A stretch of DNA of 64,000 bases from the human T2T-CHM13v2.0 reference genome, Homo sapiens, in the NCBI RefSeq assembly GCF_009914755.1, contig NC_060948.1. The stretch is one strand, 5' to 3'. This document shows positions 1 through 13,600 of this stretch, piece after piece. How positions within the stretch are numbered: the stretch's first letter is position 1; every line of letters starts with the position of its first letter. The translations under genes were made by a program, and so were the position numbers. Below the pieces are notes generated by a model that was not told the DNA's origin, did not search any database, and saw only the letters and a program-made list of their open reading frames with translations.

Positions 1-913
1 ATCGAACCACAAGGAATGGACAGGAATAGAATGGTCTCGAATTGAATGGAATCGTATGGAATGACATCAAACGGAATGGAATGGACAGCCACGGAATGGA
101 ATGCACTCGAATGCAATGGAGTCGAAACTAATGGACTGGAATAGAATGGACTCGACTGGTACGGACTCCAATGGAATGGAATCGAATGGAAGGGAATCGA
201 ACGGAATGGACTCGAAGGGAAAAGACTGCAATGGAAAGGTCTCGAATGGAATGGAAATTAATGGAATGGAATGGAATCGAATGAAATGGAGTCAAAAGGA
301 ATGGAATCGAATGGCAAGAAATCGAATGTAATGGAATCGCAAGGAATTGATGTGAACGGAACGGAATGGAATGGAATCCAAAGGAATGGAATAGAATGGA
401 ATGGAATCGAATGGAAAGGACTCGAATGGAAATCACTCGAATAGAATGCAATTTAATAAAATAGGATCAAATGTAATGGAATGGAATGGAAAGGAATCGA
501 AACGAAAGGAATGGAGACAGATGGAATGGAATGGAACAGAGAGCAATGGTATAGAATGGAATGGAATCATGTGGAATGGAATTGAATGGAATGGAATAAT
601 ATGAAATGGAATGGAATGGAATGCCCTTGAATTAAATGGACTGGAATGGAATGGACTCGAACAGAGTGGAATGGAAAGTGTTGAGATAGAATGGAATGGA
701 CTCCTTTGGAATGGTGTAGTATGCAATGCAATCGACTGGCCGGGAATCAAAAGGAATGTAATGGAATGGATTGGACTGGAATGCAATGGACTCGAATAGA
801 TTGGAAACGGAATGCAAAGGAATGGAATGGAATAGTATGGAATGGAATGGAAAGGAATGGAGTGGAATAGACTAGAGTGGAATGGAATGGACTGGAAAGC
901 AATGGACTGGAAT

Positions 914-928
914 GGAACATTCTTGAAT
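914..928. promoter_or_regulatory. Perfect heat-shock element motif 1 (representative; present in all 18 units)
   Basis: gGAAcaTTCttGAAt in U1/U2 and gGAActTTCttGAAt in other units, both matching nGAAnnTTCnnGAAn. The motif match is direct; HSF1 occupancy is inferred. Confidence 0.6.
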
Positions 929-2752
929 GGACTGGAATCAAACGGAATGGAATGCAATGCAATCAAATGGCATGGAATAAAATAGAATGAAAGAGAATCA
1001 AATGGAATTGAATCGAATGGAATCGAATGGATTGGAAAGGAATAGAATGGAATGGAATGGAATTGACTCAAATGGAATGGACTAGAATGGAATGGATTCG
1101 AATGGAAGGCAAAGGAATGGAATCTATTGGAATGGACTGTAATGGAATGGAATGGAAGGGATTGGAATGGACTCGAATGGAATGGACTGCAATAGAAAGG
1201 ATTCGAATGGAATGAAAAAGAATTGAATGGAATAGAACAGAATGGAATCAAATCGAATGAAATGGAATGGAATAGAAAGGAATGGAATGAAATGGAATGG
1301 AAAGGATTCGAATGGAATGCAATCGAATGGAATGGAATCGAACGGAATGGAATAAAATGGAAGAAAACTGGCAAGAAATGGAATCGAAATGAATGGAGTG
1401 TTATGGAACGGACTCAAAAGGAATTGAATGTAATAGAATGGAGTGGAGTGGACTCGAATATAATGGACTGGAATGGAATGAAATCACATGGAATGGGAAC
1501 GAATGGAATGGAATGGAAAAGAATGGAATCGAATGGAAAGGAATCGAATGGAAGGGAATGAAATTGAATCAACAGGAATGGAAGGGAATAGAATAGATGG
1601 TAATGGAATGGACTCGAATAGAATGGACACGAATGCTCAAATTGAATGGACTCGAATGGAATGGAAACTAAAGGAATGTCATCGAATGGAATTGAATCGA
1701 TTGGAATGAAATCGCATAGAATGGAGTGGAATCAAATGGAATTGAATCGAAAGGAAAGGAAGCGAATGCACTGAAATGAAATGGAATGGAATTGAATGGA
1801 AAGTAATGCAATGGAATAGAATGGAACGAAATTTCACGGAATGGAATCAAACTGAATGGAATCAAATCAATGGAATCAAATTAAATGGAATGGAAAGGAA
1901 TTGAATGGAGTAGATTGGATTGGATGAGATTGGAATGAAATGAACTGGAAAGGACTCGAATTTCATGAAACGGAATGGAATGAATTGGAATGGAATGGAC
2001 TCGAATGGAATGGAATGTCATGGAATGGCATCAAATGGAATGGCATCACATGGAATGGAATCGAATGCAATGGAATGCTACGGAATGGAATGGAATGCAT
2101 TGGAATGGAATGTCCTCTAATGGAATGGATTCGAGTGGAATGGAATCGAATATAATGGAGTCGAATGAAATGGAATTGAAAGGAATGGGATCGAATACAA
2201 TGGAATATACTGGAATGTAATGTAATGAACTCGAATGTAATTGACTGGAATGGAATGTACATGAATGGAATGTAATCGAATGGAAAGTAATCCAATGGAA
2301 TAGAATCTAATGCAATAAAATCGACTCAGATAGAGTAGAATGTAATGGAATGGAGTGCAGTGCAATGGAATGGAATGGAATGGAATGGAATGCAATGGAA
2401 TGGAATGGAATGGAATGGAATGTGATGGGATGGAATGGTATGGAATGGATAGTAATGGACTGGAGTGAAATGGACTGGAAAGGAATGGACTCAAATTGAA
2501 AGGGCTCGAAAGGAATGGAGTCAAATGGAATGGTCTGGAATGGAATGAACACGAATGTAATGCAATCCAATAGAATGGAATCGAATGGCATGGAATATAA
2601 AGAAATGGAATCGAAGAGAATGGAAACAAATGGAATGGAATTGAATGGAATGGAATTGAATGGAATGGGAAGGAATGGAGTGAAATTGTATGCAGTAGAA
2701 GGGAATAGAATGGAATGCAAGCGAAAGGAAAGGAATGGATTGGAATGGAATG

Positions 2753-2796
2753 GAATTCATTGGAATGGAAGGGAATGTAGTGTAATGGACAGGCCT
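2753..2796. other. Per-unit EcoRI (GAATTC) and HaeIII/StuI (AGGCCT) landmark (representative)
   Basis: GAATTC at 2753-2758 and AGGCCT at 2791-2796, repeated in every unit; explains the classical ~3.4-3.6 kb male-specific restriction band. Confidence 0.9.
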
Positions 2797-3166
2797 GGAA
2801 TAAAGTGGAATGCTACGGTCTCGAATGGAATAAAAATGTATGGAATGGAATGCAATGAAACGGAATCGAATGTCATAGAATGTAATGGAATGCAAAAAAA
2901 TGGAATCCAAAATCATTGACTGGAAAGGCTGGGTGTCGAAAGGAATTGACTCCAATGGAATGGAATCGAATGGAATGGAAGTGAATAGAATCGAACTAAA
3001 TCGAATGGAATGGAATTGATAGGAACGGAATGGAAAGGAATGCAATGATTTGGCATGGAATGGAATCGAATGGCATCGAATGGAATGGAATGGAATGCAA
3101 TGGAATGGAATGTATTAGAATGTAATGAACTTTAATGGAATGTACTCGAATGGATTCGACTGGAAT

Positions 3167-3181
3167 GGAATGTTCTGGAAG
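3167..3181. promoter_or_regulatory. Perfect heat-shock element motif 2 (representative; present in all 18 units)
   Basis: gGAAtgTTCtgGAAg (gGAAtgTTCtcGAAg in U3/U4/U7). Function inferred. Confidence 0.6.
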
Positions 3182-3451
3182 TGAATGGACTCCAATGGAA
3201 TGGATTCAAAAGGAATGGAATCGTACGGAATGGAATCTAATGGAATGGAATTAAATGGAAATGAATCAAATTGAATAGCACGGAATTGAATTGAATGGAA
3301 TGGAATGCAATGGAATCTAATGAAACGGAAAGGAAAGAAATGGAATGGAATGGAATGGAATGGGCTGGAATGGAAAGGAATCGAAACGAATGGAATGGAA
3401 TCGAAGTGAAGAGACTGGAATGGAATGCACTGGAATGGAAGGGAGTGTAAT

Positions 3452-3466
3452 GGAAGGTTCTCGAAA
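3452..3466. promoter_or_regulatory. Perfect heat-shock element motif 3 (representative; intact in 16 of 17 visible copies)
   Basis: gGAAggTTCtcGAAa; broken (TTG) only in U14 at 49732-49746. Function inferred. Confidence 0.6.
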
Positions 3467-3554
3467 AAAATGGAATCGAATGGAATGGAATTGAATGGAA
3501 CGGAATAGAGTCGAATGGAATTGAATGGAATGGAATGGACTAGAGTGAAATGGA

Positions 3555-6500
3555 ATCGAACCACAAGGAATGGACAGGAATAGAATGGTCTCGAATTGAA
3601 TGGAATCGTATGGAATGGCATCAAACGGAATGGAATGGACAGCCACGGAATGGAATGCACTCGAATGCAATGGAGTCGAAACTAATGGACTGGAATAGAA
3701 TGGACTCGACTGGTACGGACTCCAATGGAATGGAATCGAATGGAAGGGAATCGAACGGAATGGACTCGAAGGGAAAAGACTGCAATGGAAAGGTCTCGAA
3801 TGGAATGGAAATTAATGGAATGGAATGGAATCGAATGAAATGGAGTCAAAAGGAATGGAATCGAATGGCAAGAAATCGAATGTAATGGAATCGCAAGGAA
3901 TTGATGTGAACGGAACGGAATGGAATGGAATCCAAAGGAATGGAACAGAATGGAATGGAATCGAATGGAAAGGACTCGAATGGAAATCACTCGAATAGAA
4001 TGCAATTTAATAAAATAGGATCAAATGTAATGGAATGGAATGGAAAGGAATCGAAACGAAAGGAATGGAGACAGATGGAATGGAATGGAACAGAGAGCAA
4101 TGGTATAGAATGGAATGGAATCATCTGGAATGGAATTGAATGGAATGGAATAATATGAAATGGAATGGAATGGAATGGAATGGAATGCCCTTGAATTAAA
4201 TGGACTGGAATGGAATGGACTCGAACAGAGTGGAATGGAAAGTGTTGAGATAGAATGGAATGGACTCCTTTGGAATGGTGTAGTATGCAATGCAATCGAC
4301 TGGCAGGGAATCAAAAGGAATGTAATCGAATGGATTGGACTGGAATGCAATGGACTCGAATAGATTGGAAACGGAATGCAAAGGAATGGAATGGAATAGT
4401 ATGGAATGGAATGGAAAGGAATGGAGTGGAATAGACTAGAGTGGAATGGAATGGACTGGAAAGCAATGGACTGGAATGGAACATTCTTGAATGGACTGGA
4501 ATCAAACGGAATGGAATGCAATGCAATCAAATGGCATGGAATAAAATAGAATGAAAGAGAATCAAATGGAATTGAATCGAATGGAATCGAATGGATTGGA
4601 AAGGAATAGAATGGAATGGAATGGAATGGACTAGAATGGAATGGATTCGAATGGAAGGCAAAGGAATGGAATCTATTGGAATGGACTGTAATGGAATGGA
4701 ATGGAAGGGATTGGAATGGACTCGAATGGAATGGACTGCAATAGAAAGGATTCGAATGGAATGAAAAAGAATTCAATGGAATAGAACAGAATGGAATCAA
4801 ATCGAATGAAATGGAATGGAATAGAAAGGAATGGAATGAAATGGAATGGAAAGGATTCGAATGGAATGCAATCGAATGGAATGGAATCGAACGGAATGGA
4901 ATAAAATGGAAGAAAACTGGCAAGAAATGGAATCGAAATGAATGGAGTGTTATGGAACGGACTCAAAAGGAATTGAATGTAATAGAAGGGAGTGGAGTGG
5001 ACTCGAATATAATGGACTGGAATGGAATGAAATCACATGGAATGGGAACGAATGGAATGGAATGGAAAGGAATGGAATCGAATGGAAAGGAATCGAATGG
5101 AAGGGAATGAAATTGAATCAACAGGAATGGAAGGGAATAGAATAGACGGTAATGGAATGGACTCGAATAGAATGGACACGAATGCTCAAATTGAATGGAC
5201 TCGAATGGAATGGAAACGAAAGGAATGTCATCGAATGGAATTGAATCGATTGGAATGAAATCGCATAGAATGGAGTGGAATCAAATGGAATTGAATCGAA
5301 AGGAAAGGAAGCGAATGGACTGAAATGAAATGGAATGGAATTGAATGGAAAGTAATGCAATGGAATAGAATGGAACGAAATTTCACGGAATGGAATCAAA
5401 CTGAATGGAATCTAATCAATGGAATCAAATCAAATGGAATGGAAAGGAATTGAATGGAGTAGATTGGATTGGATGGGATTGGAATGAAATGTACTGGAAA
5501 GGACTCGAATTTCGTGAAACGGAATGGAATGAATTAGAACGGAATGGACTCGAATGGAATGGAATGTCATGGAATGGCATCAAATGGAATGGCATCAAAT
5601 GGAATGGAATAGAATGCAATGGAATGCTAAGGAATGGAATGGAATGCATTGGAATGGAATGTCCTCTAATGGAATGGATTCGAGTGGAATGGAATCGAAT
5701 ATAATGGAGTCGAATGAAATGGAATTGGAAGGAATGGGATCGAATACAATGGAATATACTGGAATGTAATGTAATGAACTCGAATGTAATTGACTGGAAT
5801 GGAATGTACATGAATGGAATGTAATCGAATGGAAAGTAATCCAATGGAATAGAATCTAATGCAATAAAATCGACTCAGATAGAGTAGAATGTAATGGAAT
5901 GGAGTGCAGTGCAATGGAATGGAATGGAATGGAATGCAATGGAATGGAATGGAATGGAATGGAATGGAATGGAATGGAATGGAATGGAATGGGATGGAAT
6001 GGTATGGAATGGACAGTAATGGACTGGAGTGAAATGGACTGGAAAGGAATGGACTCAAATTGAAAGGGCTCGAAAGGAATAGAGACAAATGGAATGGTCT
6101 GGAATGGAATGAACACGAATGTAATGCAATCCAATAGAATGGAATCGAATGGCATGGAATATAAAGAAATGGAATCGAAGAGAATGGAAACAAATGGAAT
6201 GGAATTGAATGGAATGGAATTGAATGGAATGGGAACGAATGGAGTGAAATTGTATGCAGTAGAAGGGAATAGAATGGAATGCAAGCGAAAGGAAAGGAAT
6301 GGATTAGAATGGAATGGAATTCATTGGAATGGAAGGGAATGTAGTGTAATGGACAGGCCTGGAATAAAGTGGAATGCTACGGTCTCGAATGGAATAAAAA
6401 TGTATGGAATGGAATGCAATGAAACGGAATCGAATGTCATAGAATGTAATGGAATGCAACAAAATGGAATCCAAAATCATTGACTGGAAAGGCTGGGTGT

Positions 6501-7113
6501 CGAAAGGAATTGACTCCAATGGAATGGAATCGAATGGAATGGAAGTGAATAGAATCGAACTAAATCGAATGGAATGGAATTGATAGGAACGGAATGGAAA
6601 GGAATGCAATGATTTGGCATGGAATGGAATCGAATGGCATCGAATGGAATGGAATGGAATGCAATGGAATGGAATGTATTAGAATGTAATGAACTTTAAT
6701 GGAATGTACTCGAATGGATTCGACTGGAATGGAATGTTCTGGAAGTGAATGGACTCCAATGGAATGGATTCAAAAGGAATGGAATCGTACGGAATGGAAT
6801 CCAATGGGATGGAATTAAATGGAAATGAATCAAATTGAATAGCACGGAATTGAATTGAATGGAATGGAATGCAATGGAATCTAATGAAACGGAAAGGAAA
6901 GGAATGGAATGGAATGGAATGGGCTGGAATGGAAAGGAATCGAAACGAATGGAATGGAATCGAACTGAAGAGACTGGAATGGAATGCACTGGAATGGAAG
7001 GGAGTGTAATGGAAGGTTCTCGAAAAAAATGGAATCGAATGGAATGGAATTGAATGGAACGGAATAGAGTCGAATGGAATTGAATGGAATGGAATGGACT
7101 AGAGTGAAATGGA
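3555..7113 (+). repeat. DYZ1 unit U2 (3559 bp)
   Basis: Landmark at 3555; 15 bp deletion near 4620; extra EcoRI at 4769; (GGAAT)10 at 5941-5990. Confidence 0.95.
5941..5990 (+). repeat. Pure (GGAAT)10 tract, length-variable between units
   Basis: Ten perfect GGAAT after GCAAT in U2; about 5-10 copies at the homologous position of other units. Confidence 0.9.
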
Positions 7114-10100
7114 ATCGAACCACAAGGAATGGACAGGAATAGAATGGTCTCGAATTGAGTGGGATCGTATGGAATGGCATCAAACGGAATGGAATGGACA
7201 GCCACGGAATGGAATGCACTCGAATGCAATGGAGTCGAAACTAATGGACTGGAATAGAATGGACTCGACTGGTACGGACTCCAATGGAATGGAATCGAAT
7301 GGAAGGGAATCGAACGGAATGGACTCGAAGGGAAAAGACTGCAATGGAAAGGTCTCGAATGGAATGGAAATTAATGGAATGGAATGGAATCGAATGAAAT
7401 GGAGTCAAAAGGAATGGAATCGAATGGCAAGAAATCGAATGTAATGGAATCGCAAGGAATTGATGTGAACGGAACGGAATGGAATGGAATCCAAAGGAAT
7501 GGAATAGAATGGAATGGAATCGAATGGAAAGGACTCGAATGGAAATCACTCGAATAGAATGCAATTTAATAAAATAGGATCAAATGTAATGGAATGGAAT
7601 GGAAAGGAATCGAAATGAAAGGAATGGAGACAGATGGAATGGAATGGAACAGAGAGCAATGGTATAGAATGGAATGGAATCATCTGGAATGGAATTGAAT
7701 GGAATGGAATAATATGAAATGGAATGGAATGGAATGGAATGGAATGGAATGCCCTTGAATTAAATGGACTGGACTCGAACAGAGTGGAATGGAAAGTGTT
7801 GAGATAGAATGGAATGGACTCCTTTGGAATGGTGTAGTATGCAATGCAATCGACTGGCATGGAATCAAAAGGAATGTAATGGAATGGATTGGACTGGAAT
7901 GCAATGGACTCGAATAAATTGCAAACGGAATGCAAAGGAATGGAATGGAATAGTATGGAATGGAATGGAAAGGAATGGAGTGGAATAGACTAGAGTGGAA
8001 TGGAATGGACTGGAAAGCAATGGACTGGAATGGAACTTTCTTGAATGGACTGGAATCAAACGGAATGGAATGCAATGCAATCAAATGGCATGGAATAAAA
8101 TAGAATGAAAGAGAATCAAATGGAATTGAATCGAATGGAATCGAATGGATTGGAAAGGAATAGAATGGAATGGAATGGAATTGACTCAAATGGAATGGAC
8201 TAGAATGGAATGGATTCGAATGGAAGGCAAAGGAATGGAATCTATTGGAATGGACTGTAATGGAATGGAATGGAAGGGATTGGAATGGACTCGAATGGAA
8301 TGGACTGCAATAGAAAGGATTCGAATGGAATGAAAAAGAATTGAATGGAATAGAACAGAATGGAATCAAATCGAATGAAATGGAATGGAATAGAAAGGAA
8401 TGGAATGAAATGGAATGGAAAGGATTCGAATGGAATGCAATCGAATGGAATGAAATCGAATGGAATGGAATCGAACGGAATGGAATAAAATGGAAGAAAA
8501 CTGGCAAGAAATGGAGTCGAAATGAATGGAGTGTTATGGAACGGACTCAAAAGGAATTGAATGTAATAGAATGGAGTGGAGTGGACTCGAATATAATGGA
8601 CTGGAATGGAATGAAATCACATGGAATGGGAAGGAATGGAATGGAATGGAAATGAATGGAATCGAATGGAAAGGAATCGAATGGAAGGGAATGAAATTGA
8701 ATCAACAGGAATGGAAGGGAGTAGAATAGACGGTAATGGAATGGACTCGAATAGAATGGACACGAATGCTCAAATTGAATGGACTCGAATGGAATGGAAA
8801 CGAAAGGAATGTCATCGAATGGAATTGAATCGATTGGAATGAAATCACATAGAATGGAGTGGAATCAAATGGAATTGAATCGAAAGGAAAGGAAGCGAAT
8901 GGACTGAAATGAAATGGAATGGAATTGAATGGAAATTAATGCAATGGAATAGAATGGAACGAAATTTCACGGAATGGAATCAAACTGAATGGAATCAAAT
9001 CAATGGAATCAAATCAAATGGAATGGAAAGGAATTGAATGGAGTAGATTGGATTGGATGGGATTGGAATGAAATGTACTGGAAAGGACTCGAATTTCATG
9101 AAACGGAATGGAATGAATTAGAACGGAATGGACCTGAATGGAATGGAATGTCATGGAATGGCATCAAATGGAATGGAATCGAATGCGATGGAATGCTATG
9201 GAATGGAATGGAATGCATTGGAATGGAATGTCCTCTAATGGAATGTATTCGAGTGGAATGGAATCGAATATAATGGAGTCTAATGAAAGGGAATTGAAAG
9301 GAATGGGACCGAATACAATGGAATATACTGGAATGTAATGTAATGAACTCGAATGTAATTGACTGGAATGGAATGTACATGAATGGAATGTAATCGAATG
9401 GAAAGCAATCCAATGGAATAGAATCTAATGCAATAAAATGGACTCAAATAGAGTAGAATGTAATGGAATGGAGTGCAGTGCAATGGAATGGAATGGAATG
9501 GAATGCAATGGAATGGAATGGAATGGAATGGAATGGAATGGGATGGAATGGTATGGAATGGATAGTAATGGACTGGAGTGAAATGGACTGGAAAAGAATG
9601 GACTCAAATTGAAAGGGCTCGAAAGGAATGGAGTCAAATGGAATGGTCTGGAATGGAATGAACATGAATGTAATGCAATCCAATAGAATGGAATCGAATG
9701 GCATGGAATATAAAGAAATGGAATCGAAGAGAATGGAAACAAATGGAATGGAATTGAATGGAATGGAATTGAATGGAATGGGAACGAATGGAGTGAAATT
9801 GTATGCAGTAGAAGAGAATAGAATGGAATGGAAGCGAAAGGAAAGGAATGGATTGGAATGGAATGGAATTCATTGGAATGGAAGGGAATGTAGTGTAATG
9901 GACAGGCCTGGAATAAAGTGGAATGCTACGGTCTCGAATGGAATAAAAATGTATGGAATGGAATGCAATGAAACGGAATCGAATGTCATAGAATGTAATG
10001 GAATGCAAAAAAATGGAATCCAAAATCATTGACTGGAAAGGCTGGGTGTCGAAAGGAATTGACTCCAATGGAATGGAATCGAATGGAATGGAAGTGAATA

Positions 10101-10647
10101 GAATCGAACTAAATCGAATGGAATGGAATTGATAGGAACGGAATGGAAAGGAATGCAATGATTTGGCATGGAATGGAATCGAATGGCATCGAATGGAATG
10201 GAATGGAATGCAATGGAATGGAATGTATTAGAATGTAATGAACTTTAATGGAATGTACTCGAATGGATTCGACTGGAATGGAATGTTCTCGAAGTGAATG
10301 GACTCCAATGGAATGGATTCGAAAGGAATGGAATCTAATGGAATGGAATTAAATGGAAATGAATCAAATTGAATAGCACGGAATTGAATTGAATGGAATC
10401 GAATGCAATGGAATCTAATGAAACGGAAAGGAAAGGAATGGAATGGAATGGAATGGGCTGGAATGGAACGGAATCGAAACGAATGGAATGGAATCGAACT
10501 GAAGAGACTGGAATGGAATGCACTGGAATGGAAGGGAGTGTAATGGAAGGTTCTCGAAAAAAATGGAATCGAATGGAATGGAATTGAATGGAACGGAATA
10601 GAGTCGAATGGAATTGAATGGAATGGAATGGACTAGAGTGAAATGGA
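7114..10647 (+). repeat. DYZ1 unit U3 (3534 bp), chimeric, variant-B middle
   Basis: Landmark at 7114; GGACCTGAATG, GAATGCGATG, GAACATGAAT and other variants shared with U4 and U7. Confidence 0.95.
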
Positions 10648-13600
10648 ATCGAACCACAAGGAATGGACAGGAATAGAATGGTCTCGAATTGAATGGAATC
10701 GTATGGAATGGCATCAAACGGAATGGAATGGACAGCCACGGAATGGAATGCACTCGAATGCAATGGAGTCGAAACTAAAGGACTGGAATAGAATGGACTC
10801 GACTGGTACGGACTCCAATGGAATGGAATCGAATGGAAGGGAATCGAACGGAATGGACTCGAAGGGAAAAGACTGCAATGGAAAGGTCTCGAATGGAATG
10901 GAAATTAATGGAATGGAATGGAATCGAATGAAATGGAGTCAAAAGGAATGGAATCGAATGGCAAGAAATCGAATGTAATGGAATCGCAAGGAATTGATGT
11001 GAACGGAACGGAATGGAATGGAATCCAAAGGAATGGAATAGAATGGAATGGAATCGAATGGAAAGGACTCGAATGGAAATCACTCGAATAGAATGCAATT
11101 TAATAAAATAGGATCAAATGTAATGGAATGGAATGGAAAGGAATCGAATCGAAAGGAATGGAGACAGATGGAATGGAATGGAACAGACAGCAATGGTATA
11201 GAATGGAATGGAATCATCTGGAATGGAATTGAATGGAATGGAATAATATGAAATGGAATGGAATGGAATGGAATGGAATGCCCTTGAATTAAATGGACTG
11301 GAATGGAATGGACTCGAACAGAGTGGAATGGAAAGTGTTGAAATAGAATGGAATGGACTCGTTTGGAATGGTCTAGTATGCAATGCAATCGACTGGCAGG
11401 GAATCAAAAGGAATGTAATGGAATGGATTGGACTGGAATGCAATGGACTCGAATAGATTGGAAACGGAATACAAAGGAATGGAATGGAATAGTAGGGAAT
11501 GGAATGGAAAGGAATGGAGTGGAATAGACTAGAGTGGAATGGAATGGACTGGAAAGCAATGGACTGGAATGGAACTTTCTTGAATGGACTGGAATCAAAC
11601 GGAATGGAATGCAATGCAATCAAATGGCATGGAATAAAATAGAATGAAAGAGAATCAAATGGAATTGAATCGAATGGAATAGAATGGATTGGAAAGGAAT
11701 AGAATGGAATGGAATGGAATTGACTCAAATGGAATGGACTAGAATGGAATGGATTCGAATGGAAGGCAAAGGAATGGAATCTATTGGAATGGACTGTAAT
11801 GGAATGGAATGGAAGGGATTGGAATGGACTCGAATGGAATGGACTGCAATAGAAAGGATTCGAATGGAATGAAAAAGAATTGAATGGAATAGAACAGAAT
11901 GGAATCAAATCGAATGAAATGGAATGGAATAGAAAGGAATGGAATGAAATGGAATGGAAAGGATTCGAATGGAATGCAATCGAATGGAATGAAATCGAAT
12001 GGAATGGAATCGAACGGAATGGAATAAAATGGAAGAAAACTGGCAAGAAATGGAGTCGAAATGAATGGAGTGTTATGGAACGGACTCAAAAGGAATTGAA
12101 TGTAATAGAATGGAGTGGAGTGGACTCGAATATAATGGACTGGAATGGAATGAAATCACATGGAATGGGAAGGAATGGAATGGAATGGAAATGAATGGAA
12201 TCGAATGGAAAGGAATCGAATGGAAGGGAATGAAATTGAATCAACAGGAATGGAAGGGAGTAGAATAGACGGTAATGGAATGGACTCGAATAGAATGGAC
12301 ACGAATGCTCAAATTGAATGGACTCGAATGGAATGGAAACGAAAGGAATGTCATCGAATGGAATTGAATCGATTGGAATGAAATCACATAGAATGGAGTG
12401 GAATCAAATGGAATTGAATCGAAAGGAAAGGAAGCGAATGGACTGAAATGAAATGGAATGGAATTGAATGGAAATTAATGCAATGGAATAGAATGGAACG
12501 AAATTTCACGGAATGGAATCAAACTGAATGGAATCAAATCAATGGAATATAATCAAATGGAATGGAAAGGAATTGAATGGAGTAGATTGGATTGGATGGG
12601 ATTGGAATGAAATGTACTGGAAAGGACTCGAATTTCATGAAACGGAATGGAATGAATTAGAACGGAATGGACCTGAATGGAATGGAATGTCATGGAATGG
12701 CATCAAATGGAATGGAATCGAATGCGATGGAATGCTATGGAATGGAATGGAATGCATTGGAATGGAATGTCCTCTAATGGAATGTATTCGAGTGGAATGG
12801 AATCGAATATAATGGAGTCTAATGAAAGGGAATTGAAAGGAATGGGACCGAATACAATGGAATATACTGGAATGTAATGTAATGAACTCGAATGTAATTG
12901 ACTGGAATGGAATGTACATGAATGGAATGTAATCGAATGGAAAGCAATCCAATGGAATAGAATCTAATGCAATAAAATGGACTCAAATAGAGTAGAATGT
13001 AATGGAATGGAGTGCAGTGCAATGGAATGGAATGGAATGGAATGCAATGGAATGGAATGGAATGGAATGGAATGGAATGGAATGGAATGGGATGGAATGG
13101 TATGGAATGGATAGTAATGGACTGGAGTGAAATGGACTGGAAAAGAATGGACTCAAATTGAAAGGGCTCGAAAGGAATGGAGTCAAATGGAATGGTCTGG
13201 AATGGAATGAACATGAATGTAATGCAATCCAATAGAATGGAATCGAATGGCATGGAATATAAAGAAATGGAATCGAAGAGAATGGAAACAAATGGAATGG
13301 AATTGAATGGAATGGAATTGAATGGAATGGGAACGAATGGAGTGAAATTGTATGCAGTAGAAGAGAATAGAATGGAATGGAAGCGAAAGGAAAGGAATGG
13401 ATTGGAATGGAATGGAATTCATTGGAATGGAAGGGAATGTAGTGTAATGGACAGGCCTGGAATAAAGTGGAATGCTACGGTCTCGAATGGAATAAAAATG
13501 TATGGAATGGAATGCAATGAAACGGAATCGAATGTCATAGAATGTAATGGAATGCAAAAAAATGGACTCCAAAATCATTGACTGGAAAGGCTGGGTGTCG

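Larger units (their letters stand above)
1..3554 (+). repeat. DYZ1 unit U1 (3554 bp)
   Basis: ATCGAACCAC at 1 and 3555; private GGCCGG at 738-743. Confidence 0.95.

Noticed and set aside
1957-1970. cGAAtTTCatGAAa and GAAatTTCacGGA (~1828) as further HSEs
   Set aside because: Wrong spacing or a mismatched third unit, so not counted as perfect HSEs.
455-2835. Several AATAAA per unit on + (e.g. 455-460, 1351-1356)
   Set aside because: Easily produced from GGAAT variants in A-rich sequence; no GU-rich downstream element or transcript evidence is visible.
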